Shown one piece after another: positions 22,389-30,196 of a stretch of 64,000 bases of DNA. Position numbers and translations under genes: made by a program. The stretch comes from Negativicutes bacterium. GTDB taxonomy: Bacteria > Bacillota > Negativicutes > JALHDB01. Location of the stretch: the NCBI GenBank assembly GCA_022840825.1, contig JALHDB010000001.1, forward strand, positions 54,059 to 118,058. Direction: 5' to 3'. Within the stretch, counting starts at the first letter, position 1. Each line of letters starts with the position of its first letter. The notes below the pieces were generated by a model. That model searched no databases. It was given only the letters and a program-made list of their open reading frames with translations, and was not told where the DNA came from.

Positions 22389-22654
22389 TAACATTCTTCT
22401 AACAAAGCAAACCACGGGCTACTTAAAATATCTCGAATTGGACTAATATAGATGCAGGAAAATATATATTTATACCGTGCAAGTTATAAAAATTGTTTAC
22501 GAAATAACGCCTGTCCTCAGACATTTTTTTATCGTGAGATTAATTTTTGAGTTGCCGGAACCATATCGTATTTAGCGGCAGACTGGATAAGCGCAGGTGG
22601 GCAGTGGAAGATAAGACTGCATTAGCCTCTAGATTAGGATTATTATCAAATCGT

Positions 22655-22699
22655 ATAGAAAAAACAAAGCAACCTGCGAAACAATTTCGCAGGTTGCTT
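22655..22699 (-). terminator. Terminator downstream of the integrase gene
   Basis: AAGCAACCTGCGAAA-caa-TTTCGCAGGTTGCTT 15-bp stem, T-run on the minus strand. Confidence 0.75.
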
Positions 22700-22728
22700 G
22701 ATTTGTATAGTGGGTAGTCGTTAACTCT

Positions 22729-23836
22729 CTAGGTGTTTTTCATAAGTAAGTCGTCAATCTTATCGGCAGCTGCCTCTTGCATCTGGGGCAGGACGTGACT
22801 GTAGATGTCTTGGGTTACCCGGGTGCTGGAATGCCCCAGCCGTTCGCTGATCACCTTGATTGGCACGCCAGCTGACAAAAGATACGTCGCGTGGCTATGC
22901 CGCAGATCGTGGAAGCGAATGATGGGAAGCAGCAAATCTTTCTTATCATTCTCCGGGATATCCGGATCTTCTTCAATTGACTTGTTATGGCGTTTGGCAG
23001 CTTTTGAAATGTCCGGTACAGATAATCCGGATCGTGCGGTCGTCCGTCGTCCCAGGCCCAGACAAAGTCCAGTTTGTGATAGAGCTTGCCGGCCGCCAGT
23101 CTCTGCTTGGCCTGTTCTTTGCGTTCGGCCTTTAACACTTCTTGCGTAGCATGGGGCAGCTTTACGGCCCGCTGGCTGCTGGAGGTTTTGACCGGGCGCA
23201 GCGTGAGCTTGCTGTCTTCCCAGTCCAGCGAATGCCGCAGGTGATGGCCAGCAGAATCGGAATGTATACGTTGGTGTTTTTGGCCGCTTCTACAAGAATG
23301 GCGATCTGCTCTGCCGTAACGATTCCCGCTTCATACTTCCGCTTGCGCGGAGGTTCTACGGCGAGGCAGGGATTATGTTCGATAATCTGCCAAGTGACCG
23401 CTTGATTCAGTGATTCCTTTAACACATTATAAACATAGCGGATCGAGGTTGGAGAAAGTCTAGTCTTGTGCAGACTATTGAAGAATTCTTGCAGATACAG
23501 CGGCCTTAATTGCTCCAGCTTATAGTGCCCGATCGTTGGGATCAGGTGCTTTTTTATTGCCCAGCTATAGCTGTCGTAGGTGGATGAGCGGACGCTGTTT
23601 TTGGCGTAGCTCTCCAGCCACTTCTCCAGGTACTCCTTGAGGGTTAGTTTGGAGGGCTCCACATAGGTATTGCCGTTAGCCTTGCGAATAATCTCTTCAA
23701 GCATGGCTTCGGCGGTTTTCTTACGGTTCGAATTGGTCGCGACCCATTTCTGCTTGCGCCTATGGGTTTTCGGATCTTGTCCCAAGTCGAGAATTATGTA
23801 GTATTGGCCGCCTTTTTTCTGGATGCTTCCCCGCAC
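22729..23836 (-). pseudogene. Tyrosine integrase (phage-integrase family) disrupted by two frame shifts
   Basis: Three consecutive minus-strand ORFs in three frames. 23836-23162 holds the SAM-like N-domain and ends at CGIR. 23138-22851 reads ..LDWEDSKLTL...DPDYLYRTF. 22935-22729 reads IRFHDLRHSHATYLL...DIYSHV with the catalytic H-x-x-R and Tyr. Confidence 0.85.
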
Positions 23837-23849
23837 GGTGCATCATCTC

Positions 23850-24509
23850 CTATGTTTGGGCAGGAGCAGGTCGGCGGGAGACAAACTCGATGATACTTTC
23901 CCTGACCCTGCCGATGATGTGGATCTGGTCATTCTCCAAGTCGGTGAAGAACAGAGTTTCATACACAGGGTTGGATGGTTGCAGAATAAGCAGGTTTGGT
24001 TTTTTTATCACGCGGTACAGTGTACCGGCTTGGTCTTTTACATTGACGATGGCGATGTCGCCGGAATCGACGTTGTCGGCCATCTCGATGAGAGCGAGGT
24101 CGCCCTCACCGATGCGGTCTCCCAGCATGCGGTTGTCTTGCACGCGCCATAGAAAATAATCTGGATTACCTTCTGGGCGCTCATCGGCCAAGTGTATCAC
24201 TTTATCCCCTTCGTAATCATCAAAGATTACCGATCCGTGCGAATGGTGAACAGTAGCGTAGATGGGAACCGGCATGCCGTGATAGCAGGCGGTATCCCGG
24301 TCTAGGGACGCTGGGATGCCGAGTAGAAAGTCCGTTGTGACGTTGTAGAGCAAAGACAACTTCATCAAGGTATCTGTATCGGGTCGGCGTAAACCACGTT
24401 CATAAGAAGCGACGGTGACCGTCCGGACGTTCAGCAAAATGGCTACCTGTTCCTGGGTGAGCCCTTTCTTTTTGCGCGCATTTTTCAGGTTTTCTCCCAG
24501 TGCAGCCAT
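23850..24509 (-). CDS. cI/LexA-like repressor: XRE HTH domain plus S24-peptidase-like C-terminal domain
   Basis: LKNARKKKGLTQEQVAILLNVRTVTVASYERG HTH; C-terminal DNRMLGDRIGEGDLALIE...GDIAIVNV...LYRVIKK...IIGRV resembles the S24 fold. Confidence 0.8.
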   Translation of the reverse strand: MAALGENLKNARKKKGLTQEQVAILLNVRTVTVASYERGLRRPDTDTLMKLSLLYNVTTDFLLGIPASLDRDTACYHGMPVPIYATVHHSHGSVIFDDYEGDKVIHLADERPEGNPDYFLWRVQDNRMLGDRIGEGDLALIEMADNVDSGDIAIVNVKDQAGTLYRVIKKPNLLILQPSNPVYETLFFTDLENDQIHIIGRVRESIIEFVSRRPAPAQT

Positions 24510-24562
24510 TTATCATCACGCTCCTCGATTTCTATTATAGTCCGATTTTGCAAAAATGCTAG

Positions 24563-24645
24563 TACATTTTGTAAAAAAATATCTAGACAGATACAAAATG
24601 TAAGAGTAAAATAAAAATCGTTCAAACAAATACATACAAATTGTA
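24563..24645. promoter_or_regulatory. Divergent immunity region with three TACA-N3-TGTA operator-like palindromes
   Basis: tacattttgta 24563-24573, tacaaaatgta 24592-24602, tacaaattgta 24635-24645. Candidate rightward promoter TAGACA-17-TAAAAT (24583-24611) overlaps the second site. Confidence 0.55.
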
Positions 24646-24663
24646 TTGGTAGAGGTGGTCAAT

Positions 24664-24900
24664 GTGACAAACAAGCACGGAAACGCATTACGGCGTGAGC
24701 GGGAGGCCAGAGGCTTGAAGGCATCGTATGTAGCCTATCGGCTGGGTGTTTCACCCGCCACCTATTCGCAGATCGAGAGGGAGAAGCAAGGCCTGAGCGT
24801 GGATCGGCTGCTGCGGATCCTGGCGATATTGGAAATCAAGCCGTCTGATTTTCTGGCGGCTGATAGCGCAACCAGCGGCAACGGAAAGAAGGCGATATGA
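24664..24900 (+). CDS. Cro-like XRE-family HTH regulator
   Basis: LRREREARGLKASYVAYRLGVSPATYSQIEREKQG HTH; divergent from the repressor. Start placed at GTG 24664 behind GAGGTGG (ORF track 24646). Confidence 0.75.
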   Translation: MTNKHGNALRREREARGLKASYVAYRLGVSPATYSQIEREKQGLSVDRLLRILAILEIKPSDFLAADSATSGNGKKAI

Positions 24901-25223
24901 TGTATTGCACAAAGTGTATGGGTAACATTCCGGAAGGGGCGAAATTCTGTCCGGTGTGCGGCAAAAAGGCTCTGGTCCCCAAGCCGAAAAAGGTGATTGA
25001 TATTGAATCCAAGCTAGGATTCAGCGTGGCCGAAGCAGCGGCTGCGGTCGGGGTTTCCAGCTGGTTTATCTACGAAGAGATCAAGCGGGGTTGCATCGGC
25101 TACGCCAAGCTGCACGGACGCAAAGTGATTCCCCGTTGGGACTTGGAGAAGTACCTACGGCAGAATGAAGTCCTCCCGCGCGAAGACAGCCCGGACGAGC
25201 CGGATAAGGGGGTACGGGTTTGA
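24897..25223 (+). CDS. Zinc-ribbon plus excisionase/MerR-like HTH DNA-binding protein
   Basis: N-terminal CxxC...CPVC ribbon; SVAEAAAAVGVSSWFIYEEIKRG...IPRWDLEKYL resembles excisionase-family HTH; ATGA overlap with the cro-like gene. Confidence 0.6.
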   Translation: MMYCTKCMGNIPEGAKFCPVCGKKALVPKPKKVIDIESKLGFSVAEAAAAVGVSSWFIYEEIKRGCIGYAKLHGRKVIPRWDLEKYLRQNEVLPREDSPDEPDKGVRV

Positions 25224-25355
25224 CATTATGGGACCGCGTCAAACAGCAGCATGCCGCCGACCGGGTGCTGGAGGATGTGATTGTGGGATTAGGACTACTT
25301 CTCTATTTCATCCTGCTATGGGAGCTGTAGGGCAAAAGAAGCGGGGCGGTGCAGT

Positions 25356-26171
25356 ATGGCGGCAGAGGCGCCAGGGTATGTGAAGCTCTACCGGCGGCTG
25401 GTGGACAAGCCGATCTGGCTGCAGTCCACTCCCGAGCAGAAGGCGGTGCTGATCGCCATTCTGCTGATGGCTAATTTTAAAGAACAGGAATGGCTATGGC
25501 AGGGAACCAAGTATCTTTGCCAGCCGGGGCAGTTTGTCAGCAGCCTGGAGGGGATCGCCAAACGGTGCGGCAAGGGTGTGTCTGCGCGAAATGTTCGGAC
25601 CGCGCTGGAAAAATTTCAAAACCTCGGATTTTTGACAAGCGAAGCGTCAAACCAGGGAAGGCTGGTGACGGTAGTAAATTGGCGGGTTTTTCAGCAGGAT
25701 GAGGAAGAAGCAGTCAAGCAACCGGTCAGGTACCAGTCAAACGACAGTCAAGCACCAGTCAGGCACCAGTCAACTAGTAAGAAAGAAAGAAGGAAAGAAA
25801 GCAATAAGGCAAACAAATACATACCGTATGAAGATATAGTGTCCGCCTTCAACTGCATCTGCATAGCACTGCCTAAAGTGATGTCGCTGACCAATAATCG
25901 AAAAAGCGTAATAGCGGCAAGGTGGGAGGACCTGGCCAGCCTCGAGGCCGTAGAAGACTTCTTCCGGCGAGTGGCTGCATCGGATTATCTATGCGGCCGG
26001 GTCAATACGTTTACCGCCAGTTTTGATTGGATCTTCAAAGAGGCCAATTTCGTCAAGGTGCGGGAAGGCAACTACGATAACCGTGAAAAACCGCCGGACA
26101 GTCCGGCGGTAGCCAGTCTGCGGCGGTTCTTGTCAGGGGGGAATGGCGATGACCAAGCAAATGGCCGCTAA
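25356..26171 (+). CDS. Phage replisome-organiser-like replication protein
   Basis: N-terminal winged-helix-like region (YVKLYRRLVDKPIW...GQFVSSLEGIAKRCG.SARNVRTALEKFQNLGFL) and conserved phage C-terminal region (ASFDWIFKEANFVKVREGNYDN), as recalled from phage replication proteins. Confidence 0.65.
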   Translation: MAAEAPGYVKLYRRLVDKPIWLQSTPEQKAVLIAILLMANFKEQEWLWQGTKYLCQPGQFVSSLEGIAKRCGKGVSARNVRTALEKFQNLGFLTSEASNQGRLVTVVNWRVFQQDEEEAVKQPVRYQSNDSQAPVRHQSTSKKERRKESNKANKYIPYEDIVSAFNCICIALPKVMSLTNNRKSVIAARWEDLASLEAVEDFFRRVAASDYLCGRVNTFTASFDWIFKEANFVKVREGNYDNREKPPDSPAVASLRRFLSGGNGDDQANGR

Positions 26172-26754
26172 GCTGGTATTTACTGCCGCGGCTAATTTCC
26201 CAGGGATGCAGAGCCGGCAGCTGGATGCCACCGCCGCCCTATGGCTGGAATCCTTCCGCAAGTACGAGGACAAGCAGATGGAGACAGCATTGCGGTTGGC
26301 GCTCTTTACCTGCAAATACTTCCCCACCGTTGCAGATCTGGAGGAGGCGGTAACCAGTCTGCGCTATAACGAGCAGACAGTCCCCAAACTGCCGATGGCC
26401 GATGATAAGAGGATTAATCCGAAGATCAGCGAGCTGATGAGCCGGGCGGCCAATGGGGAATTGCATGAACTGGCGACCGGGATCGACATTAGGGAGCTGA
26501 AAACATTTGCCCGGTCCCGCTACCCGAACCTGTCGGATGAATTGATCCGGTTGAATTGTATCGAGCTGATCCGGCTAAAAGAGGAAGTCACGCGCTGCGA
26601 ACGGTGCGGCGGACCGGAATATTGCCCGACAGGGCAGTACGCGGCGACCCCGCGCCTTGCGGCAAATGGGTATATTACGCTCGCTTACGATCGTTGCAGC
26701 AAATGGCAGCGGCAACCGGCGGACGGCGATCAGGGCAGGAGGTGGGGCAGATGA
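26149..26754 (+). CDS. G39P-like replicative-helicase loader/inhibitor domain protein with C-terminal zinc ribbon
   Basis: MTKQMAAKLVFTAAANFPG...LWLESFRKYEDKQMETALRLAL..CKYFPTVADLEEA pattern matches my recollection of the SPP1 G39P family; CERCGG...CPTG ribbon. Confidence 0.5.
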   Translation: MTKQMAAKLVFTAAANFPGMQSRQLDATAALWLESFRKYEDKQMETALRLALFTCKYFPTVADLEEAVTSLRYNEQTVPKLPMADDKRINPKISELMSRAANGELHELATGIDIRELKTFARSRYPNLSDELIRLNCIELIRLKEEVTRCERCGGPEYCPTGQYAATPRLAANGYITLAYDRCSKWQRQPADGDQGRRWGR

Positions 26755-27134
26755 ATTTCGTATCAATCAGCGGGCGGTTGGCGCAGAATCCCAAGAGCTA
26801 TGTAATAGACGAGGGGAAGACTGTCAGCCGGTTTACGGTTGCCGTGAACCGGTACTACGCGGGAGAGGAGCTGACGGATTTTATACCTGTTTCCGCATGG
26901 GGCAAGCTGGGAGATACTTGCAAGGAGAATCTATACCAGGGACGCAAGGTGCTGGTGGAGGGAAGGATAAGTATACGGAGCTATACCACGAAGACTGGGA
27001 AAAAGAATAGACTGGCCGAGATAGTGGCCAGCCGAGTGGTGTATCTAGATTATAAGAAGAATAGTCCCGCAGATTACGCCGCCGAGTTCGGGGAGGAGAT
27101 AGGGGAAGCTGAATATTTCGCGGGGAGAAAATAA
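26751..27134 (+). CDS. ssb: Single-stranded DNA-binding protein
   Basis: MNFVSISGRLAQNP...RFTVAVNR...FIPVSAWGKLGD.C..NLYQGRKVLVEGRI OB-fold pattern, acidic tail; ATGA overlap with the upstream gene, GGAGGTGGGG RBS. Confidence 0.88.
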   Translation: MNFVSISGRLAQNPKSYVIDEGKTVSRFTVAVNRYYAGEELTDFIPVSAWGKLGDTCKENLYQGRKVLVEGRISIRSYTTKTGKKNRLAEIVASRVVYLDYKKNSPADYAAEFGEEIGEAEYFAGRK

Positions 27135-27159
27135 GCACCCGAGGGGCGCTGTGAATGCA

Positions 27160-27576
27160 TTATTTAAGATAGGAATCAGAATTGTCCAGTTCAAAGCTAT
27201 AGTTTGTAACATTGTCTGTGATAGTAGATAAATCAATGGGACAGACGTTTGACACACTGTGTGTAGCCAACAATAATTCCTGTTCTTCAGAGAGAGTACC
27301 AGTTTTAATTCTCTGCTTAATGTTTTCACAGGCGTAGTGAAATAACAATTTTTTTACAGACTCATTTGGTAGTCGCCAGACTATAAGTAACGATGTTGTG
27401 ATGCCCACCCTGATGGTATGTTTGGTAGATAACGTTTGATGATGAGACCCAGTAGTTGAGGATAATTCTGTTACACAGAAAGGAAATAGGTATTCGGTTG
27501 CGTCCTTAAGCCGGGGCAGTTCGAACGGCTCAGAAAATGTGACTCTTTTTCTCAAGAGAAACCCTCCTTTCGACAT
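27160..27576 (-). CDS. Hypothetical protein (orphan, A+T-rich, antisense to the replication module)
   Basis: 138-aa ORF with an RBS-like AAAGGAGGG upstream; no recognisable motif. Confidence 0.45.
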   Translation of the reverse strand: MSKGGFLLRKRVTFSEPFELPRLKDATEYLFPFCVTELSSTTGSHHQTLSTKHTIRVGITTSLLIVWRLPNESVKKLLFHYACENIKQRIKTGTLSEEQELLLATHSVSNVCPIDLSTITDNVTNYSFELDNSDSYLK

Positions 27577-27943
27577 ATAATGCTACTTCTTTAAAAAGAG
27601 GTAAATTCCTTTTTTTGGTGAATTGCAATTTGATATTTTGGATTCGTGCGAAGCACCACTTTGCTTCTACCGCTGCGGCGTCGGATAAAGTCGGTTATGT
27701 ATGAACGGTCTGGGCGAAGACATAACCTCACTTTATCGGATGCCGATACCCCCAAAGAGTGGGGGAAGGGGGATGAATCCCCTGGGCAACTTGTCCGGAG
27801 AAATGGCCGCCTGATATAGTAGGCGGCCAAAAGTATTGTAAAGTATTAATTGGCGATATGCACGAAATGGGCAGAGAGCTTGAGCGCACGGGTGAGGCGG
27901 AGGGATACCGGAGACCGAACCGGTGCGCTAGGAAAGAGAGTAG

Positions 27944-28132
27944 ATGTCAAGTGGCGGAGGTGGGACCGGGTGCGAGCAGGCAATTGATCTTGGCCTGCGA
28001 AGGACAGCCCGGTGCGACCGGAGCATATATGTATGGCACGAGCGCAGCGGTCCGAGGACGGCAGACGAAAGACGGAGCAACGCGACGGCTGGAGGCCGCC
28101 CGCAGGAACGCGGAGCGGGACCGCTTAGCCAT
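27944..28132 (+). repeat. G+C-rich structured repeat element, copy A (candidate ncRNA or cis-regulatory leader)
   Basis: About 89 percent identical by hand alignment to the reverse complement of 32438-32628. Hairpins GCAGGC/GCCTGC and CCGG/CCGG. Reading frame not conserved between the copies. Confidence 0.75.
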
Positions 28133-28227
28133 ATTTCATGTTTGCAAAGTGATTGACCGCAGTATGGGCAGGATTAGCCTTCTTTTGAACGAAGCCTTAG
28201 TATAATATCGGAAAAGAAGGCGATGTC

Positions 28228-28788
28228 ATGTCCTGTCGAAAAATCTGTATTGACCCTGGCCATTCCGGTCCCAGTGAGCCAGGAGCATATGCAGGCGGAG
28301 TGAGCGAAGCTGAAGTCAATCTATTGATCACGAAGCGATTGGGGACCGTATTGGCTGACTGTGGTTATGAAGTGATTTATACCCGCGAGGGAGACATCGA
28401 GGATGATGCGCTATCTTGGCGGGCGGAGTTGGCCAACGAGCAGCAAGCGGATCTATTTATCAGCATCCATTGCAATGCAGCCGAAAATACGTTGGCACAG
28501 GGTTTCGAGATTTATCATTATCCCAACTCTGTTCTGGGAAAGCAGGTTGCAGAAAACATTCATCGAGCATTTAATCTGGCACCGTATACCTCAGATCGTG
28601 GAATAAAGAAAGCAGAATTCACCGTACTGTCAGAGACAGTCATGCCGGCAATACTGGTTGAGTGTGCGTTCTTAACTTCAGCGGATGATCGTAAGATACT
28701 AACGGATCCGGCTGGCCAGGCAATGATCTCATTAATCATTGCCATCGGTATTCACAAGTACTTCTTACCCAAGCTTATTAGTGACTGA
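28228..28788 (+). CDS. N-acetylmuramoyl-L-alanine amidase (Amidase_3 catalytic domain only)
   Basis: ICIDPGHSG...SIHCNA...GFEIYHY...AILVECAFLTS zinc-amidase motifs; close paralogue at 43408-43947. Confidence 0.88.
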   Translation: MSCRKICIDPGHSGPSEPGAYAGGVSEAEVNLLITKRLGTVLADCGYEVIYTREGDIEDDALSWRAELANEQQADLFISIHCNAAENTLAQGFEIYHYPNSVLGKQVAENIHRAFNLAPYTSDRGIKKAEFTVLSETVMPAILVECAFLTSADDRKILTDPAGQAMISLIIAIGIHKYFLPKLISD

Positions 28789-29024
28789 GCGCAGAAACAT
28801 ACGGATTACCTGTTGGAATACGAAACTTGATTCGATTGACCATCCTAGGCATTGGGCGTACTATGTAAGTGAACACACAATCAAATATCTTGCGGGGGAG
28901 AGCATTCATCACGCGGCTGGCGGCGCGTTATGCGCTGTTAGTATAAATCTTCCCCGCCGCAGGGCCGTGCTGGGATTTCCCAGTGCGGCTTTTGCATGCT
29001 CAGGGAGAAAAGGAGGCGAGTAGG

Positions 29025-29249
29025 ATGGCAGTAGTGAAGCAACCCAACGGATGCGTGCTGGCGGTACAAGTCCAAAATGGGATGAGTGCAGGCGGTACGC
29101 AGCTGTATAAGTACCTCCGGTACAAGAACATCAAAGGAGATGTCACCGATGATGCGTTGTTCGCAGTCGGGACCGGGCTGGCCGGTCTGCAAAGCTCGAT
29201 TGCAACCGCAATCCAGCGGCAAGACACCTCGAACTTGATCGAAGGCTAA
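29025..29249 (+). CDS. DUF1659 family small protein
   Basis: 74 aa behind an AAAGGAGG RBS (ORF-track frame of 28983-29249, start moved to ATG 29025); pattern and pairing with a DUF2922 gene as recalled for this family. Confidence 0.6.
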   Translation: MAVVKQPNGCVLAVQVQNGMSAGGTQLYKYLRYKNIKGDVTDDALFAVGTGLAGLQSSIATAIQRQDTSNLIEG

Positions 29250-29283
29250 TATCCCGCGAGGGAGGAAAAGGAGGTAACCGATT

Positions 29284-29496
29284 ATGAAAAAGACGATTGA
29301 AATGGTCTTTCGAAATGCGGGCAACAAGGAGATCGTGCTATATGTCCCATCGCCGCGCGAGGATTTAACGCTGGCGCAGGTGCAGCCGGTCATGCAGGAT
29401 ATCATCGCTAAGAATGTGTTTGATACTTCCGGCGGCGATCTAGTCCAGGTCGTTGAGGCGCGAGTCCGCATCACCGACACGACTTCGCTTGCATAG
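29284..29496 (+). CDS. DUF2922 family small protein
   Basis: MKKTIEMVFRNAGNKEIVLYVPSPREDLTLAQV...IIAKNVF pattern; AAAGGAGG RBS. Confidence 0.6.
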   Translation: MKKTIEMVFRNAGNKEIVLYVPSPREDLTLAQVQPVMQDIIAKNVFDTSGGDLVQVVEARVRITDTTSLA

Positions 29497-29684
29497 TAGA
29501 ATGTGCATGTAAAAACCGACGGGAGAAGGCGAGCAAGTGGACAATGAACTGAAAATCGTATATGGACCGGCACCGGATGTGGAAAGCCTGAATGGCGATA
29601 GTGATGAGCCGGATGAACTGGTCCAAGAAAGATAAGGTGGGGCGCTATGCGTCCCCTTATTATTTTATATGGGGGGTGAATGGT

Positions 29685-29894
29685 ATGGAAGAAATGATGA
29701 AGTTTGTCGGTCAAGTCGGCTTCCCAATCGTGGTAGCCGGATGGCTGCTCGTCAAGTTTGAGAACAAGCTAGATGCTGCCGAGGTGGCCATGCGCAGTCT
29801 GGGCGAGCGGCTGGAGATGCACCTGGCCCAGTGCGTGAAGTGCCGGGAGAGCCGGATGAATGGGAACTGTGAGAAGAAGGGAGAGGATAAGTAA
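29685..29894 (+). CDS. YvrJ family small membrane protein
   Basis: MEEMMKFVGQVGFPIVVAGWLLVKFENKLD matches the YvrJ N-terminal motif as I remember it; start moved to ATG 29685 within ORF 29592-29894. Confidence 0.6.
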   Translation: MEEMMKFVGQVGFPIVVAGWLLVKFENKLDAAEVAMRSLGERLEMHLAQCVKCRESRMNGNCEKKGEDK

Positions 29895-30040
29895 TGAAGC
29901 TACAGGAGATTGCGCGCTGCGTTGAAGTGCTGGATGAAGTAAGCGAGCTTCTGCCAGAAGATGTACTGGATGAGGAGAAGAGAAAACACCTGCATAAAAT
30001 TCACCAGGTGTTGGAGGCGTTATCGAGGTTAAGGATATAG
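29894..30040 (+). CDS. Possible 48-aa helical peptide
   Basis: ATG overlaps the yvrJ-like stop (TAATG); MKLQEIARCVEVLDEVSELLPEDVLDEEKRKHLHKIHQVLEALSRLRI; followed by a terminator; below the ORF-track cut-off. Confidence 0.35.
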   Translation: MKLQEIARCVEVLDEVSELLPEDVLDEEKRKHLHKIHQVLEALSRLRI

Positions 30041-30050
30041 TGCAAAGCAA

Positions 30051-30085
30051 AAATAGTACTTCCCATGCGAAGCACTATTTTTTTG
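30051..30085 (+). terminator. Rho-independent terminator closing the amidase-yvrJ operon
   Basis: AAATAGTACTTC-ccatgc-GAAGCACTATTT (one mismatch) plus T7. Confidence 0.75.
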
Positions 30086-30196
30086 AAAATTGTAGGAAAT
30101 TTTGTCATTATTAAAGGTAATTCGGATTAGCACAGTGAATAAAAAAGAAAGTATTTGTTAATTTATGCATTGATCTATGATGGTAGGAGTGATGCC

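Noticed and set aside
22805-23405. Plus-strand ORFs 22805-23149 and 23142-23405
   Set aside because: They lie antisense to the integrase pseudogene. These are shadow ORFs in G+C-rich DNA.
27641-28132. Group II intron fragment (GTGCGA at 27646-27651 resembles an intron 5' end)
   Set aside because: I could not find a domain V-like hairpin with an AGC triad and GNRA loop. There is no intron-encoded protein, and the GTGCG match is too short to mean anything.
27858-28205. 115-aa ORF (and overlapping 27944-28156, 27947-28132 ORFs) across repeat copy A
   Set aside because: Arg/Ala/Gly-rich translation typical of G+C-rich non-coding DNA. The homologous copy B carries indels that shift the frame, so no protein frame is conserved between the copies.
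27850-28227. c-di-AMP (ydaO-type) riboswitch upstream of the amidase
   Set aside because: Only vague resemblances (GGAGGGATACC, CCCGGTGCGACC). The pseudo-two-fold ydaO architecture and its conserved ACGGGGA/CCCGA boxes could not be laid onto the sequence by eye, so an Infernal scan is needed before any such claim.
28938-29714. 258-aa minus-strand ORF
   Set aside because: It lies antisense to the well-supported DUF1659 and DUF2922 genes, which have strong RBSs. Its composition is odd (His/Pro/Arg/Cys-rich) and it has no RBS.
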